Virus record (IMG/VR): IMGVR_UViG_3300037043_000339
Location: 1 to 36,778 of that record
DNA: 36,778 bases
Source: a virus
Taxonomy: Duplodnaviria > Caudoviricetes
Direction: 5' to 3' (one strand)
Position numbers and translations under genes: made by a program. Shown here piece by piece: positions 11,401 through 18,618 of this stretch. Each line of letters opens with the position of its first letter. The stretch's first letter is position 1. The notes under the pieces are model-generated. The model saw only the letters and a program-made list of their open reading frames with translations. It was not told the DNA's origin and ran no database searches.

Positions 11401-14400
11401 GGCGGTCAATTCGGTAATTGGGTAACCGATCATGAAGGTCAACAGTCTCTAAATCATGCGTTTGAAGCATTGCTTGACTTGGCTGATGTTCTAAACGTCC
11501 CGCCGAAAGCCATCTCTCTTAACGGAGATCTTGCAATTGCATTCGGCGCCCGGGGTCACGGTGGATTCAATTCTGCAGCAGCTCACTATGAGCCAAGTTG
11601 GATGGTAATCAACCTCACGAAGATCCACGGCGCCGGTGCGCTGGCTCATGAATGGATGCACGCACTCGATCATTACCTTGCCCGATTAGATGGAACTGCC
11701 GGTACTGAGAGAGAGGAATCCGGAAAACTCAAAAATGCTTCAAAAGCAGTCAGTTATGCTTCTCACGGTTTCTTGTGGAAGGACAACAAATCACGTCAGG
11801 AACTTCGCAATGCATTCGTGGCGATGGTGAAAGCCCTGCAGCACAAAGAAGTTGACCGTGAAATAAAAGCGGAAAACGAAGAAAAAGCGCTCACAAGAGC
11901 TATGAAGAATCTGGATTATTATTTGAACGGATTGACCAACACATTCAATACCCGTCATGCCGACACATATAAGGGGAAAGCCAAAAAACCGACCGACGAT
12001 CAGATTAAAGAATGGAACCGGCTTGTTGAAGTTTTGCGGTCCGGTGAAGTCGGGAAAGAACAAACGATTCAATCCGATTCCATGAAACGATGGGGAAACT
12101 ACCGCTCAAGTTATGACGCGCTTGAAAAACTCAATGACCTGTACAAAAAAGTCATTGGCCGGTATTTCTTCACCTCCGATCGAGGCAGCACCGGAAACTA
12201 CATTTATCATGGGATACGTCAGTTAAACGATGCAAAGCGTCGTCTTGCCGAAGCAAATTCCGGAGCAACAGAAAAGAAAACTGTCACGACTGACTTTTAT
12301 TCCAATGCCCGGGATCTTGACCGGAAACGTTCATCTGTCTACTGGAGTTCACCGCATGAGTTACTGGCGCGTGCTTTTGAGACTTTTGTCACGGATAAGT
12401 TGGCAGAAATGCAGCGTCGAAGCGATTACTTGATTTATGGGGCGGATAATAAATTTTATATCAGCCCATTCGGAGATATGAAGCCGTATTTGGAAGGCGA
12501 GGAACGTCCGCATATTCACCGATTGATGCAGAATTTCTTCGATACTATAAAAACCGAAGAAACGTCAAAAGGAGTTGCCATCTACGAACCCCGTGTTCAA
12601 TACGGCTCTCTGGCTTCTCGGTATCAGGATGAATACATATCTCAGCAGCTGCGTCAAGGTCAAACCAGACAATTGGAAGAAAAGCAGCGACGCGACCAGA
12701 AAGAGGCTGAACGACTCAAAAGAGAATCACTGCAAGCCCGGGCGAGTGAATTGTCCGAACGAAAAAAACAATTGCAGCGAGAAATGGAATTCAAGTCGAC
12801 GATCATCGGTCAGGCTGAATTGACCAGCGTAGAAAAGGAACTCAACGAGATCACTTCAAGACTGTCTGACGGACTATTTGAACGGGAGGATGAGCAACAG
12901 TCACTATTCCGGCAGGATCAACCAAGCGGTAACGGTCTCACCAAAAACCGGCTTGACCAACTATTCAAGCCGTTCATCACCGGATTGAAGGATCAATCGA
13001 TTGTGCAGATAGTATCCGGTCCAGAGGATGTTCCGGAGAATCTCCGGAAATACGCATTACCGGGTGTGAAGGCATTTTTCTTACCGATTAAAGGTCGTCC
13101 GACAGTTCACTTCGTGGCATCTGAAATTCGAGATGAGGCGGATGCGTTGAAGACATTTATCCACGAAATGGGCGCTCACTATGGGATCCGTGGATACCTC
13201 GGGTATGAGAAATCCAATGAACTATATCGCGAGCTATGGAACGATTATCAGCAGGAAATTCGAAGTGCAGAGTGGTTTTCACGGTATTCAAACTTCAAAC
13301 AATATGATCCCAATACTTCCCGGGGCCAGATTGCATTGGCAGAAGAATTTGTGGCTCGATCGTTCGCTGAACCTCTGATTGATGAAAGCGGCAACATCGT
13401 AGAACCGTCCTTCCTGGAGAAGATTGTTGCAGCAGTCCGGCAATGGTTACGCGATATCGGAGTGAAGTCAAAGATATCAGATGAAGAAATCAAAGCATTG
13501 TTGTATCGATCGTATGAATTTATCCGCGGAGATCGACCGGGATACTATGGGAAAACCGGTGGATTGCGGTACGCGATCGAACGGAAGAATATTGCGTCGT
13601 CACAGAATTTGCAGAATATGCACGACGTACTGTCTGATTTGTTACCTGAAATTACCGATGCGGCCAAACTCAAAGATCTTGTGCAAAAATATGTTCGCGT
13701 CGGCAAATTCCTGCAGGATGCAGTTAGCCAAAGCCAACTGATAAAATGGATTGATGCGCGGCAAGGACCAATCAATAAAGCCGATGTATTGAAATATATC
13801 CAAGATACAATGTCGGCCAACACTGCCGATATCGGTAATATTGATCCGAATGAAATTGCAAAAAGCGAAGGATTTCCATTGCCCTTATTCCTTTACGCCG
13901 GCGAAAATATCAGCCGCGGTGAAGGTGAAAGACTCATTGATAACCTTTCCATTGCAATCGAAATGGATCAATCCGTCAAGACTCCTGAACAAATCCGGTT
14001 AGCCACAGGATGGTTCAAAGGGCTCGACGGCGATTGGCGTATAGAACTTGATGACAGTAAATCAAGCATTAACGAGGAAATGTGGAACCGGATGATCAGC
14101 AACGAACCGCAGTTTACGGATCCTTTGGATGGAACAGTAAAACCGTATTTCAGCGATGGAGTAGAGAAATTTGAACTGGTGGACAATGGCGGAAACCTGA
14201 TTCAGAACGGATTTTCTACCAGAGATGAAGCAATACAGTGGTTTGCAAAATACGGGGGAGAATTCCGTATACCAAATACCGCATATCTCGACGAATTATT
14301 GGATCACCCGACATTATTTTCACTGTATCCTCAACTACGTGAAATTAAAGTATCTGCCGTACCGCCTGTCCGCGGCCAGCATGGGGCATTTTATGGCGAC

Positions 14401-17400
14401 CGTGCAACAATCGAAATATCCGCCCTACTGGAGAATGCGACACAGATCAAGTCAGTCTTGTTACACGAAGTTCAACATGCAATCCAATATATGGAAGGTT
14501 TTTCAGTTGGTGCGAACTTCTGGAGTGTAGGAGAGTACAAGTATCGAAGATCTGCCGGCGAAATTGAATCCCGTGATGTTCAGAATCGATTAAGACTCGA
14601 TGAATTTAGCAGACAGGATGTTCCTCCTATTAAGCAAACGCTGCTTGATGAAGGAATTCAAGAAGACGAAATCCATTTTGAATATTCCGGAGTATCACAT
14701 TCGATCAAAGAAAATGATTTGATCGATAAAATGAATAATGATGCTGCGCCGTATCGGGAAGTTAAGTTTAACAAATTGAATTGGATTTTCGAATTTGGAA
14801 GCGAAGGGATCGTAAAGACCCCGATCGGTGAAGTGAAAATGGGCAATAATCAGTTCGATAAAATCATAGAAAGAGGAGACAGGAAAAAATACTTCGGATT
14901 GATAAAACCGACGCTTGAATTGCCGCAGATAGTGTTAAAAGATTCCAAAAACGGGACATTATTCATTAAGACATTTACGATGCCTAATGATACCAATAAA
15001 TACTTTGTTTCAGTGATGTATACGATTGATGGAATTGATGTGGTAATCAGTAGCCATCTTAAGAATGAGAATAGATTGAAGCAAGATATCAAGACTGGAA
15101 GGTTGTTATATGTTGCACCGGCGATAGATGTATCCGGATATACGGATCAATCGCAACAACCCTCCACTGATTCCGGCAGTCTTGACAACAGCAATTTACA
15201 AAACCCTGATAACGATGTCAATACCGATGAACTTGATGATGATGTCCGTTTTTCTATCGCGAATAATCCGGCGATTTCCGAAGCAAAACAACGAATAGAT
15301 GCTATGGCGGAAGATCGCCGCGAGTTGTTCCAATCGGACGCAAACGATGCCTATAAGGATCCCCTCAAAGGACTTGGCTGGATCACCCGTCCAAGCGTCG
15401 TTCTTGGGAAGTATAGCAAGTTGCTGCAGCGAGCTCATGACATTGTTATTGCCGAAGAGTCATTCATGCAAGATGCGGTGATGGAAGAATCCAAAGCATT
15501 GATGAAACAGATCAATGAGCATCTTTATTCTGATATGCCTGAGAAAAGCGATCGTACGGGATTTGAAGTACTTGATTTTGTATGGCGTATGAATCAACGG
15601 AAGAAACTCGATTCTTTCTTGAAGATGAGTATTCCTTTGGCAGCGCATCTGAACGCAGTGGGAGGAGAATCCAGTAATTGGGATTTCAAAGAATTTGAAA
15701 TGCGTGCCGGTTTCATTTCGAAAGTTCAATTGGAAAAACTTCGACAATCCAATCCTGGACTCGGTGTCGGGCAGACGATCGAGGTTGTCAATCCGCTTCT
15801 TACTCAAGTCTCCGCAATAAAGGCAGCTGACGAAAAAGGTCTTAAAGATGCCGAGCGGAGGGCTTTCATTGCCGAATACATGGAAACCTCCCCGGTGATG
15901 GATCAACGGATCATTGGTGAAGAACTTTCGGATACCGCGGGAAAACCCGGATATCAATTAAAGCGAGTAGTTTCAAAAGAAATGCAGGAATCGCTTTATA
16001 AAATCTACGAAAACGAATATCCTTCATTTATCCATATTATCGACCAGTTCATCGATCCTCGTCTGGCGAAGAAAACAAAGGAGATAAACGGAATAAAAGT
16101 ACCTACGTTTAACCGCTTTGCACTGGCGGAATTGATGAAACTCAACGATCAGGAATTTCAGGATGTGACCGGCTATACGCCTGATGTTTACATAAGCAGA
16201 TCCTTGATCGGAACAGTGAAGGATCTCGGAAGAGCTATCTTCGGTGGCCAAAAATCTCCGGGCCGGAAATACAAGACCGGCGCAGCGCGTGAAACAGGAA
16301 ACGTTCAGGATATTCTCAAAGGATTCAACATCAGAGCGTTCCAGGCACTGCGGGAGAAAGCTCGTCAGGAATTTGTCCGGATGGCAATGGCAACCTCTGT
16401 TCCTGTTCCGGCAAACGATGCGATTCCGGAAGGATGGGTGAAAATCGAGGATGGGATTAGTACGATCATTCAGGCCATTGAAGCGGCCAAAAAAATGAGA
16501 CTGAAACCGTTCACGAGAGAGATGACTCCGGATGAGCGAAAGAAATACGGAAAAATGGTTCTTCTTCCGGAATGGATAACTGACATAAACCTTGAAAACA
16601 ACACTATCACAATACAACCGGCACATGAAATTAAAAAAAGATTGCGGCCGCAGGATAATCTGATCAGGGACTATGATTTCGGGGAATTTGTCCGTGAAGC
16701 CCGCGCTCTTGAAGGTGAAAAGCGCATGATGCCTAAAAGAGTGCTTGAAATACTCGTCCAGCAATACGATTCCTATAAAGTGCAGAACGGGCTCCTCCGG
16801 ATGATCAACTACCTCGCTCAGGAATCAGCATTATCGCTTCTTGTTTTTCCTGCTACGTTTATGGTGAATTACAACACCAATAAACTATTTACGATGGAAA
16901 AACTCGGTCGGTCTACTACGGCATTAATAGCAAAGGGACTATTAAAAACCGTGGGAGTTAAGACAGATCCTGCAGGTGAGTTTAATTCGTTGAAGGACAT
17001 TGCCGCTATTTCCGCCAAAGGAATGTTTCTTGGGATCCAAAAGCGCATTGGGACCGACTTCGCAAAGCATGTCGAACAGGTTGTACCGGCTGCTCTCTTC
17101 AAGCATTCAACCGTATTGAGCGATGTTGTGGCCAGTGATTTTGACAGTGCAAAAAAGAGCATCAGACGCGGATCTATCGCCGGTGCGATGCTGCAAGTGC
17201 TCGGATATGGAAATATCGACATCAAGAGTAAACAGCGATACGCTCTTTCGTTTTTAACGTCCAGAGCCAATGCCCAATCAAAAAAGCAAGGATTGACCGG
17301 AGATGCTCGAAAAACTTTCGTGAAACAGTGGCTTTCAAATGTTACGATGAAAGACCGCATGGATGCGGTCCGCGCAGCGGAATTTGAATACTTAAACTAT

Positions 17401-18618
17401 AAAGACATTCCGCATGGCTTAACAAGATTTCAACAAAAAGGATGGAGCCGACTGTTTATTCCGTTCATCCGGTTCGGGTATTCGTATTCGCTGAAACAAA
17501 AGGATAAAATTTGGGATAAAGGATTCGTCCAGATGATGCAGGGCGAAACCGTTGATCAGAAAGTTGAAGGTTTTGCCAATGCCTTATGGGCAACGATGAT
17601 TGATTTTGGTTTAATCGGGATCATGTACGGTCTTCTCGGATTCGGTGATGATGAGGATGCACGTCAGATCGTCGGCGCAAGTCAAACGTACGAAGAAACA
17701 CCCGGGGGACAATTACGGAAAAATTCACTGCCAAGCGATCTTAATACTGAAAACAGAGCGAACATCAGCAAGTTGGCGCCACAGTGGTTTGTGGGATGGA
17801 TGCAACAATCCGGCATTGTCGGTGATGATGAGGATGCCTGGTTGAGATTGAGGAACTATCCGATGTTGTATCTTCCTATGCTTGGAATGCTATCAGCAAA
17901 CGATGCGCGAAAACATGGTATCGGTGAAGGTGTTGCAACATATCTTAATGGATTGATCGATCTCGGAAAGGATTTCTTTAATTTCGGTTTTGCAGTCAAA
18001 ACACCGGTCAAAGGTCTTCAATCGATCACCGGTGAGAGAGACAATTGGCTGGACAAATACGGATCGAATATTCCGTTTGTTACCTACACCACGATGAACG
18101 CATTAGATGCGTTTGTTCCATGGGGAAGGCAATCCGATGAAATCGTTTTATTTCTGGATCCGGTGCGCAGGCGGACATCAGAAAGCCGTACGCTGGATTA
18201 CAATACCGAAATTGGAGAGCAGTTTAAGAATGGATTGGTGATCGGTCATATACCCGGCATCGTTCATCGCATGATCACTGAAGGTGAGGATCTTCCTCCA
18301 ACCGGAAGGGTGGAGACGGTATCATTACGGCCCTCACCCTCTGAAAAGCCAGAGACAACAATGAAGCGTCAATTGGCGATATCACTGCTTTCTCAGGAAT
18401 CACCGAACGCCAGATTGTATATGCAGGAACGGAAAGATCGTTTGGGAGTATTCAAACCGACACCGAGAATTGCATTCCTTGAGCCTCGGGAACCGAATTA
18501 TAGCCCCGCAAGGGAGTTGCTGCGATTGCTCGGTGGAGTTAATATCAAGCCCGTTAATAACAAAGAATATGAAAGGGCGATAACAAATAATAATTTGAAT
18601 AATCAGGAGAACGAATAA
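2473..18618 (+). CDS. Giant polyvalent (probably virion-injected) protein, 5381 aa
   Basis: Uninterrupted 16.1-kb ORF. Recognisable motifs: DdrB/ParB-like (ARYAV..LQPSH..QPKNR..GAP..QGNGR), MutS-I-like, RadC JAB (HNHPSG..PSRED), SF2 helicase (DGTGAGKT, DEAH, ATAT, QAMGRVSR), zincin HEWMH, LPD1-like, HEMGAH, LPD23-like HEVQH, PBECR-like. Confidence 0.9.
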   Translation: MGKEKVFNPSRRSLYDQMKDHYNLPEYDKFESYLDDDNNRKALFDDLSGQSLLGDVKDFDEFESLIKPRVSPELRSEFISQSAAEFKKDIASGPSPFEPDKTQYQSPIKQEAAARETQGSPVLQQAMLDTALMESGMLPQVQSEINKEIQDQEAADKLLNTFREAKIRTLIEEVEDLSSRQDIKGNKEAESYVQSVNDELAAYTPEEVESVRKKMVVERSQSYAKKRINELNAQKGKSVWTAIQDGDFGDPNRLFTGRLKEKSDLIKSQRMHLDEKNLLQEAVDAPNKSQGKWNDFVKGIGSAIGIDLVPFVGDAVELEKFSRIKELTDKKQDERTEDEQAVVDAYAALQNVKNNSELTPIFYNIGKGATEMTPYALEFAATSGVYSTAKNVMQHGIIKLIGRETIKEVLENAAKKNVIGLVNKATLKGVASLGAGITQSLANPLGIAVDFEQRGIPLLSLGMSKEGEIVERNAIGSPDESITKLLKSIGVNAAEYVSERFGYAVEKPTEMLAKMAIGKFLAKYGQNATEKQLEAIAKKLGWNGIIAEFAEEFLNKPMQTAIESGKIEFMSPEESLETLGIVAVPGLGGKAVKYSAKAFNALGSLPKLDPSELKNDKPQSGEESKEQTVEHGNPEPGGSADNTPTGDEINPPQKSEPLQPAAAPEPEKKVQLKPDERAEFIYPNLLEQLNQESEDAPISVSSVISMVPELQSGDRKSNVKTASKLIQRLHQEGLAVDNVFKKKKEDPEQEWKDKAAELGISFVGMQSVPGKDSIPLFTDPETGSTFVKADGETLQQALDRKREQFKQSKPVTPENSETPEAVVPPVVPTDKDADIKPDGSVVVKGDDEGLFPGEKLTLKPFVRPELPFKNIDVNSPEKILDYNARIQDILSARYKGYNDVLDNRIKELDSEIAKSVNGSALSKALEHEQIKLKIEKENWEKQYGDLIEERFVEHRESILDEATKRGIVFIDESEENEFVDDFLLQIGDDNATAEKNGEKAIKDVFDSIVQKYLPKDEEEPVIPPVETKPQEPETKEPSGETKSGKKETIPPADIAQVSEDILDKTWVKRRSEGQYVQDNNTFTRQEPLSESAGKVAFGKNTSVVFAKEVIAPARYAVIDVSLLQPSHISGSPNKLHFIPEAQPKNRSQSESNRNQNQEMAENLDPEQILVGKTAYVGAPTVNDRGEIIQGNGRGGTARIYWNQYPDDPKGLKSTIKEYASVFGLDEKQIDAIKHPVVVRMFTGNDNQAITLGQYEVSDLESVANKTTKATAMSRKMSDEDVQKIAEMIQKADSGEFDKPIGEIIQNAGLPIVDTLISGGAINADKRETYFSRDGRISPDGVESIKNILVNFLFRGGNTNVPELFRKTPANFQNAIERSIHFLLSSKAPINTEIQNAIMMYDGFIKSGMGSILDFVRQPGLTEAAPIDKYGVDSATIALMIEQPQRELIAKFKRYFLNSNGTPGDMFSEGNPAMSKRDSYTAFDPFFTQAKQYGLPEDNNKFFGSEDVDVSVFEPKSSYKAMKAKYPGTVFLIRKGENYIARGQDAIDIKNALGMKPSKANTYEIPASAIQQILPRLSKAGLRVGVADQIEESDSQIELGFDSPETKSFTTTDGESIRYQNASGEARYKRSPGNRLAESPSTRKLDKNEHQVISRLYRKSPFKFFGANERINGPKDVAVLFRQLETESVEHCFAVHVREDGKTVIQHLSTGLFNSTLVSQVQFQDLIERFGTKELYFVHNHPSGNLEPSREDLGIHTQIEKSLGGKVILHDSIIINLKSGKYSTFSPNFGQNAKTKDSTQGIEGKIPFKTLSFTRQALLKDVELTKVSQPESIAAFITSSRFSSGKKWQLLSMNPQNQIIGRFCLTSIPNFNSEESIKNVVNEASLFTIRSGGISCALVANIGDAPKLAENGTFNHLRKSLEEKGINLLDIVGVEPSSDIFESSLDNGAQDVIKPGAKTNINTLSEPSSEYASASFNEKAYNGLYKINGFYIEKGVKAPSVLARLAVLKIGGNIIKYPAEFKKSVIDALGFFAESPSAEFIGASEQQIRSMLENAITENKNGQTENEIIGQYIRTVRSNASGSGNTNAGTDGGTGSNRRPSLRVVDEGNIPQPTEIIPVDRFSISEHQRLAVNLALTRFLEKKKKAFLLADGTGAGKTRSEIVIAYELAKRMKKPALITTYDDTVIEGFRREAQALGIDLEASNIEIGTYYNLAAGKKAGSKGGADYARRDYSVHILDEAHRIKNVDSIRAQMSSAVKSDHLVYATATPMDKPLHSAYFMAEVIEQSPEDVAKQLGFEIVKTPMPDGKMETSVIPLNNMTWLVVLDNLLKMRDQAIADGAMIRREYPFYGTVNKKLIQFSQEQRDELDQIERFWNGFITAAQARIQPMIDALQYRFDRGEINPAKFFKELQIIRASKNFKKNPLQKSMMEAEFGLLRELSYWTEMQKLQIVFDDVIQALDEGKRVIVYAQSVNPGTLEAIDQDPSKESSIAYGGFLKTLGEMLSAKNIDFARIYGSDSDKVTEADRFQRGTFKVALATMESGGVGINLDDTSGDAPRKMFIVTANYAGDATDQAMGRVSRMNTKSASEVTFYFAPEAKSDRRRGVILGKKMNTLRRIQSGEDPDRATFDVPMPAERGSLFDPVPKSEGVWIEPYLDGFVIVKGNTASVKGALKKIGGGRYNGTLKGWIFQKSKRKALESELSNVLSKPSDTGSVVKEPAADYQGDLFRKNPQIDLFSSEEETYNADKIPDTLSSRTGAEAESEQEILEFEHGQDGIVDSQDVENEIPGPPMDENQEVIEESEITDFGEVIGDARKHKATKGISRRVQKDDRPGWMKKYVVLENKKNGLWGVYILLGKHGQVKSVTGDKFSSQKEAEFVLPLVEVSLKHRVYTESRSDEKQSYGIFRKIGDRRLALVKGGFASSEEATKHMVTNAMDIINFRFPFPERPYLENIVRVGPTRLKGNVTPKMFQDVFGFRGGQFGNWVTDHEGQQSLNHAFEALLDLADVLNVPPKAISLNGDLAIAFGARGHGGFNSAAAHYEPSWMVINLTKIHGAGALAHEWMHALDHYLARLDGTAGTEREESGKLKNASKAVSYASHGFLWKDNKSRQELRNAFVAMVKALQHKEVDREIKAENEEKALTRAMKNLDYYLNGLTNTFNTRHADTYKGKAKKPTDDQIKEWNRLVEVLRSGEVGKEQTIQSDSMKRWGNYRSSYDALEKLNDLYKKVIGRYFFTSDRGSTGNYIYHGIRQLNDAKRRLAEANSGATEKKTVTTDFYSNARDLDRKRSSVYWSSPHELLARAFETFVTDKLAEMQRRSDYLIYGADNKFYISPFGDMKPYLEGEERPHIHRLMQNFFDTIKTEETSKGVAIYEPRVQYGSLASRYQDEYISQQLRQGQTRQLEEKQRRDQKEAERLKRESLQARASELSERKKQLQREMEFKSTIIGQAELTSVEKELNEITSRLSDGLFEREDEQQSLFRQDQPSGNGLTKNRLDQLFKPFITGLKDQSIVQIVSGPEDVPENLRKYALPGVKAFFLPIKGRPTVHFVASEIRDEADALKTFIHEMGAHYGIRGYLGYEKSNELYRELWNDYQQEIRSAEWFSRYSNFKQYDPNTSRGQIALAEEFVARSFAEPLIDESGNIVEPSFLEKIVAAVRQWLRDIGVKSKISDEEIKALLYRSYEFIRGDRPGYYGKTGGLRYAIERKNIASSQNLQNMHDVLSDLLPEITDAAKLKDLVQKYVRVGKFLQDAVSQSQLIKWIDARQGPINKADVLKYIQDTMSANTADIGNIDPNEIAKSEGFPLPLFLYAGENISRGEGERLIDNLSIAIEMDQSVKTPEQIRLATGWFKGLDGDWRIELDDSKSSINEEMWNRMISNEPQFTDPLDGTVKPYFSDGVEKFELVDNGGNLIQNGFSTRDEAIQWFAKYGGEFRIPNTAYLDELLDHPTLFSLYPQLREIKVSAVPPVRGQHGAFYGDRATIEISALLENATQIKSVLLHEVQHAIQYMEGFSVGANFWSVGEYKYRRSAGEIESRDVQNRLRLDEFSRQDVPPIKQTLLDEGIQEDEIHFEYSGVSHSIKENDLIDKMNNDAAPYREVKFNKLNWIFEFGSEGIVKTPIGEVKMGNNQFDKIIERGDRKKYFGLIKPTLELPQIVLKDSKNGTLFIKTFTMPNDTNKYFVSVMYTIDGIDVVISSHLKNENRLKQDIKTGRLLYVAPAIDVSGYTDQSQQPSTDSGSLDNSNLQNPDNDVNTDELDDDVRFSIANNPAISEAKQRIDAMAEDRRELFQSDANDAYKDPLKGLGWITRPSVVLGKYSKLLQRAHDIVIAEESFMQDAVMEESKALMKQINEHLYSDMPEKSDRTGFEVLDFVWRMNQRKKLDSFLKMSIPLAAHLNAVGGESSNWDFKEFEMRAGFISKVQLEKLRQSNPGLGVGQTIEVVNPLLTQVSAIKAADEKGLKDAERRAFIAEYMETSPVMDQRIIGEELSDTAGKPGYQLKRVVSKEMQESLYKIYENEYPSFIHIIDQFIDPRLAKKTKEINGIKVPTFNRFALAELMKLNDQEFQDVTGYTPDVYISRSLIGTVKDLGRAIFGGQKSPGRKYKTGAARETGNVQDILKGFNIRAFQALREKARQEFVRMAMATSVPVPANDAIPEGWVKIEDGISTIIQAIEAAKKMRLKPFTREMTPDERKKYGKMVLLPEWITDINLENNTITIQPAHEIKKRLRPQDNLIRDYDFGEFVREARALEGEKRMMPKRVLEILVQQYDSYKVQNGLLRMINYLAQESALSLLVFPATFMVNYNTNKLFTMEKLGRSTTALIAKGLLKTVGVKTDPAGEFNSLKDIAAISAKGMFLGIQKRIGTDFAKHVEQVVPAALFKHSTVLSDVVASDFDSAKKSIRRGSIAGAMLQVLGYGNIDIKSKQRYALSFLTSRANAQSKKQGLTGDARKTFVKQWLSNVTMKDRMDAVRAAEFEYLNYKDIPHGLTRFQQKGWSRLFIPFIRFGYSYSLKQKDKIWDKGFVQMMQGETVDQKVEGFANALWATMIDFGLIGIMYGLLGFGDDEDARQIVGASQTYEETPGGQLRKNSLPSDLNTENRANISKLAPQWFVGWMQQSGIVGDDEDAWLRLRNYPMLYLPMLGMLSANDARKHGIGEGVATYLNGLIDLGKDFFNFGFAVKTPVKGLQSITGERDNWLDKYGSNIPFVTYTTMNALDAFVPWGRQSDEIVLFLDPVRRRTSESRTLDYNTEIGEQFKNGLVIGHIPGIVHRMITEGEDLPPTGRVETVSLRPSPSEKPETTMKRQLAISLLSQESPNARLYMQERKDRLGVFKPTPRIAFLEPREPNYSPARELLRLLGGVNIKPVNNKEYERAITNNNLNNQENE
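5800..6260 (+). other. Domain of giant protein: DdrB-like ParB-superfamily domain
   Basis: PARYAVIDVSLLQPSH...EAQPKNRS...GAPTVNDRGEIIQGNGRG. Boundaries approximate. Confidence 0.75.
7024..7245 (+). other. Domain of giant protein: MutS domain-I-like
   Basis: YKAMKAKYPGTVFLIRKGENYIARGQDA..I..ALG..L.KAGLRVGVADQ matches the MutS N-terminal pattern. Boundaries approximate. Confidence 0.7.
7480..8270 (+). other. Domain of giant protein: RadC-type JAB domain plus a degenerate second copy
   Basis: INGPKDVA..E..HNHPSGNLEPSREDL..LHDSIII (HNHPS at 7684-7698). The second unit (VSQPESIA..MNPQNQIIG..GINLLDIV) lacks the HxH metal ligands. Confidence 0.75.
8830..10330 (+). other. Domain of giant protein: SF2 helicase, Strawberry-notch-like
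   Basis: FLLADGTGAGKTR (Walker A, ~8908-8946), DEAH (9181-9192), ATATP, GGVGINLDD, QAMGRVSR. Confidence 0.85.
10876..12560 (+). other. Domains of giant protein: LPD5-like start, zincin metallopeptidase (HEWMH) and LPD1-like region
   Basis: ITDFGEVIGDARK; FGFRGGQFGNW..AFGARG..AAHYEP..INLTK..GAGALAHEWMHALD (HEWMH at 11647-11661); YWSSPHELLARAFE. Confidence 0.75.
13990..14600 (+). other. Domain of giant protein: LPD23-like zincin module
   Basis: TGWFKGLDGDWRIELDD..LLDHPTLFSLYPQL..LLHEVQHAIQ..EGF..YRRSAGEIESRDVQNR. Confidence 0.75.
14740..15115 (+). other. Domain of giant protein: PBECR (Barnase/EndoU/ColicinE5-D/RelE-like) RNase-fold module
   Basis: VKTPIGEVKMGNNQF.K..R..YFGLIKPTLE.P..V..LFIKTF..YFVSV..VISSH. 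Confidence 0.6.

Noticed and set aside
2473-18618. Giant ORF as a virion RNA polymerase, tape measure or DarB-type methyltransferase
   Set aside because: I found no DxDGD-type polymerase motif, no tape-measure repeats and no NPPY/FxGxG methyltransferase motifs. The unassigned terminal regions still need a profile search.
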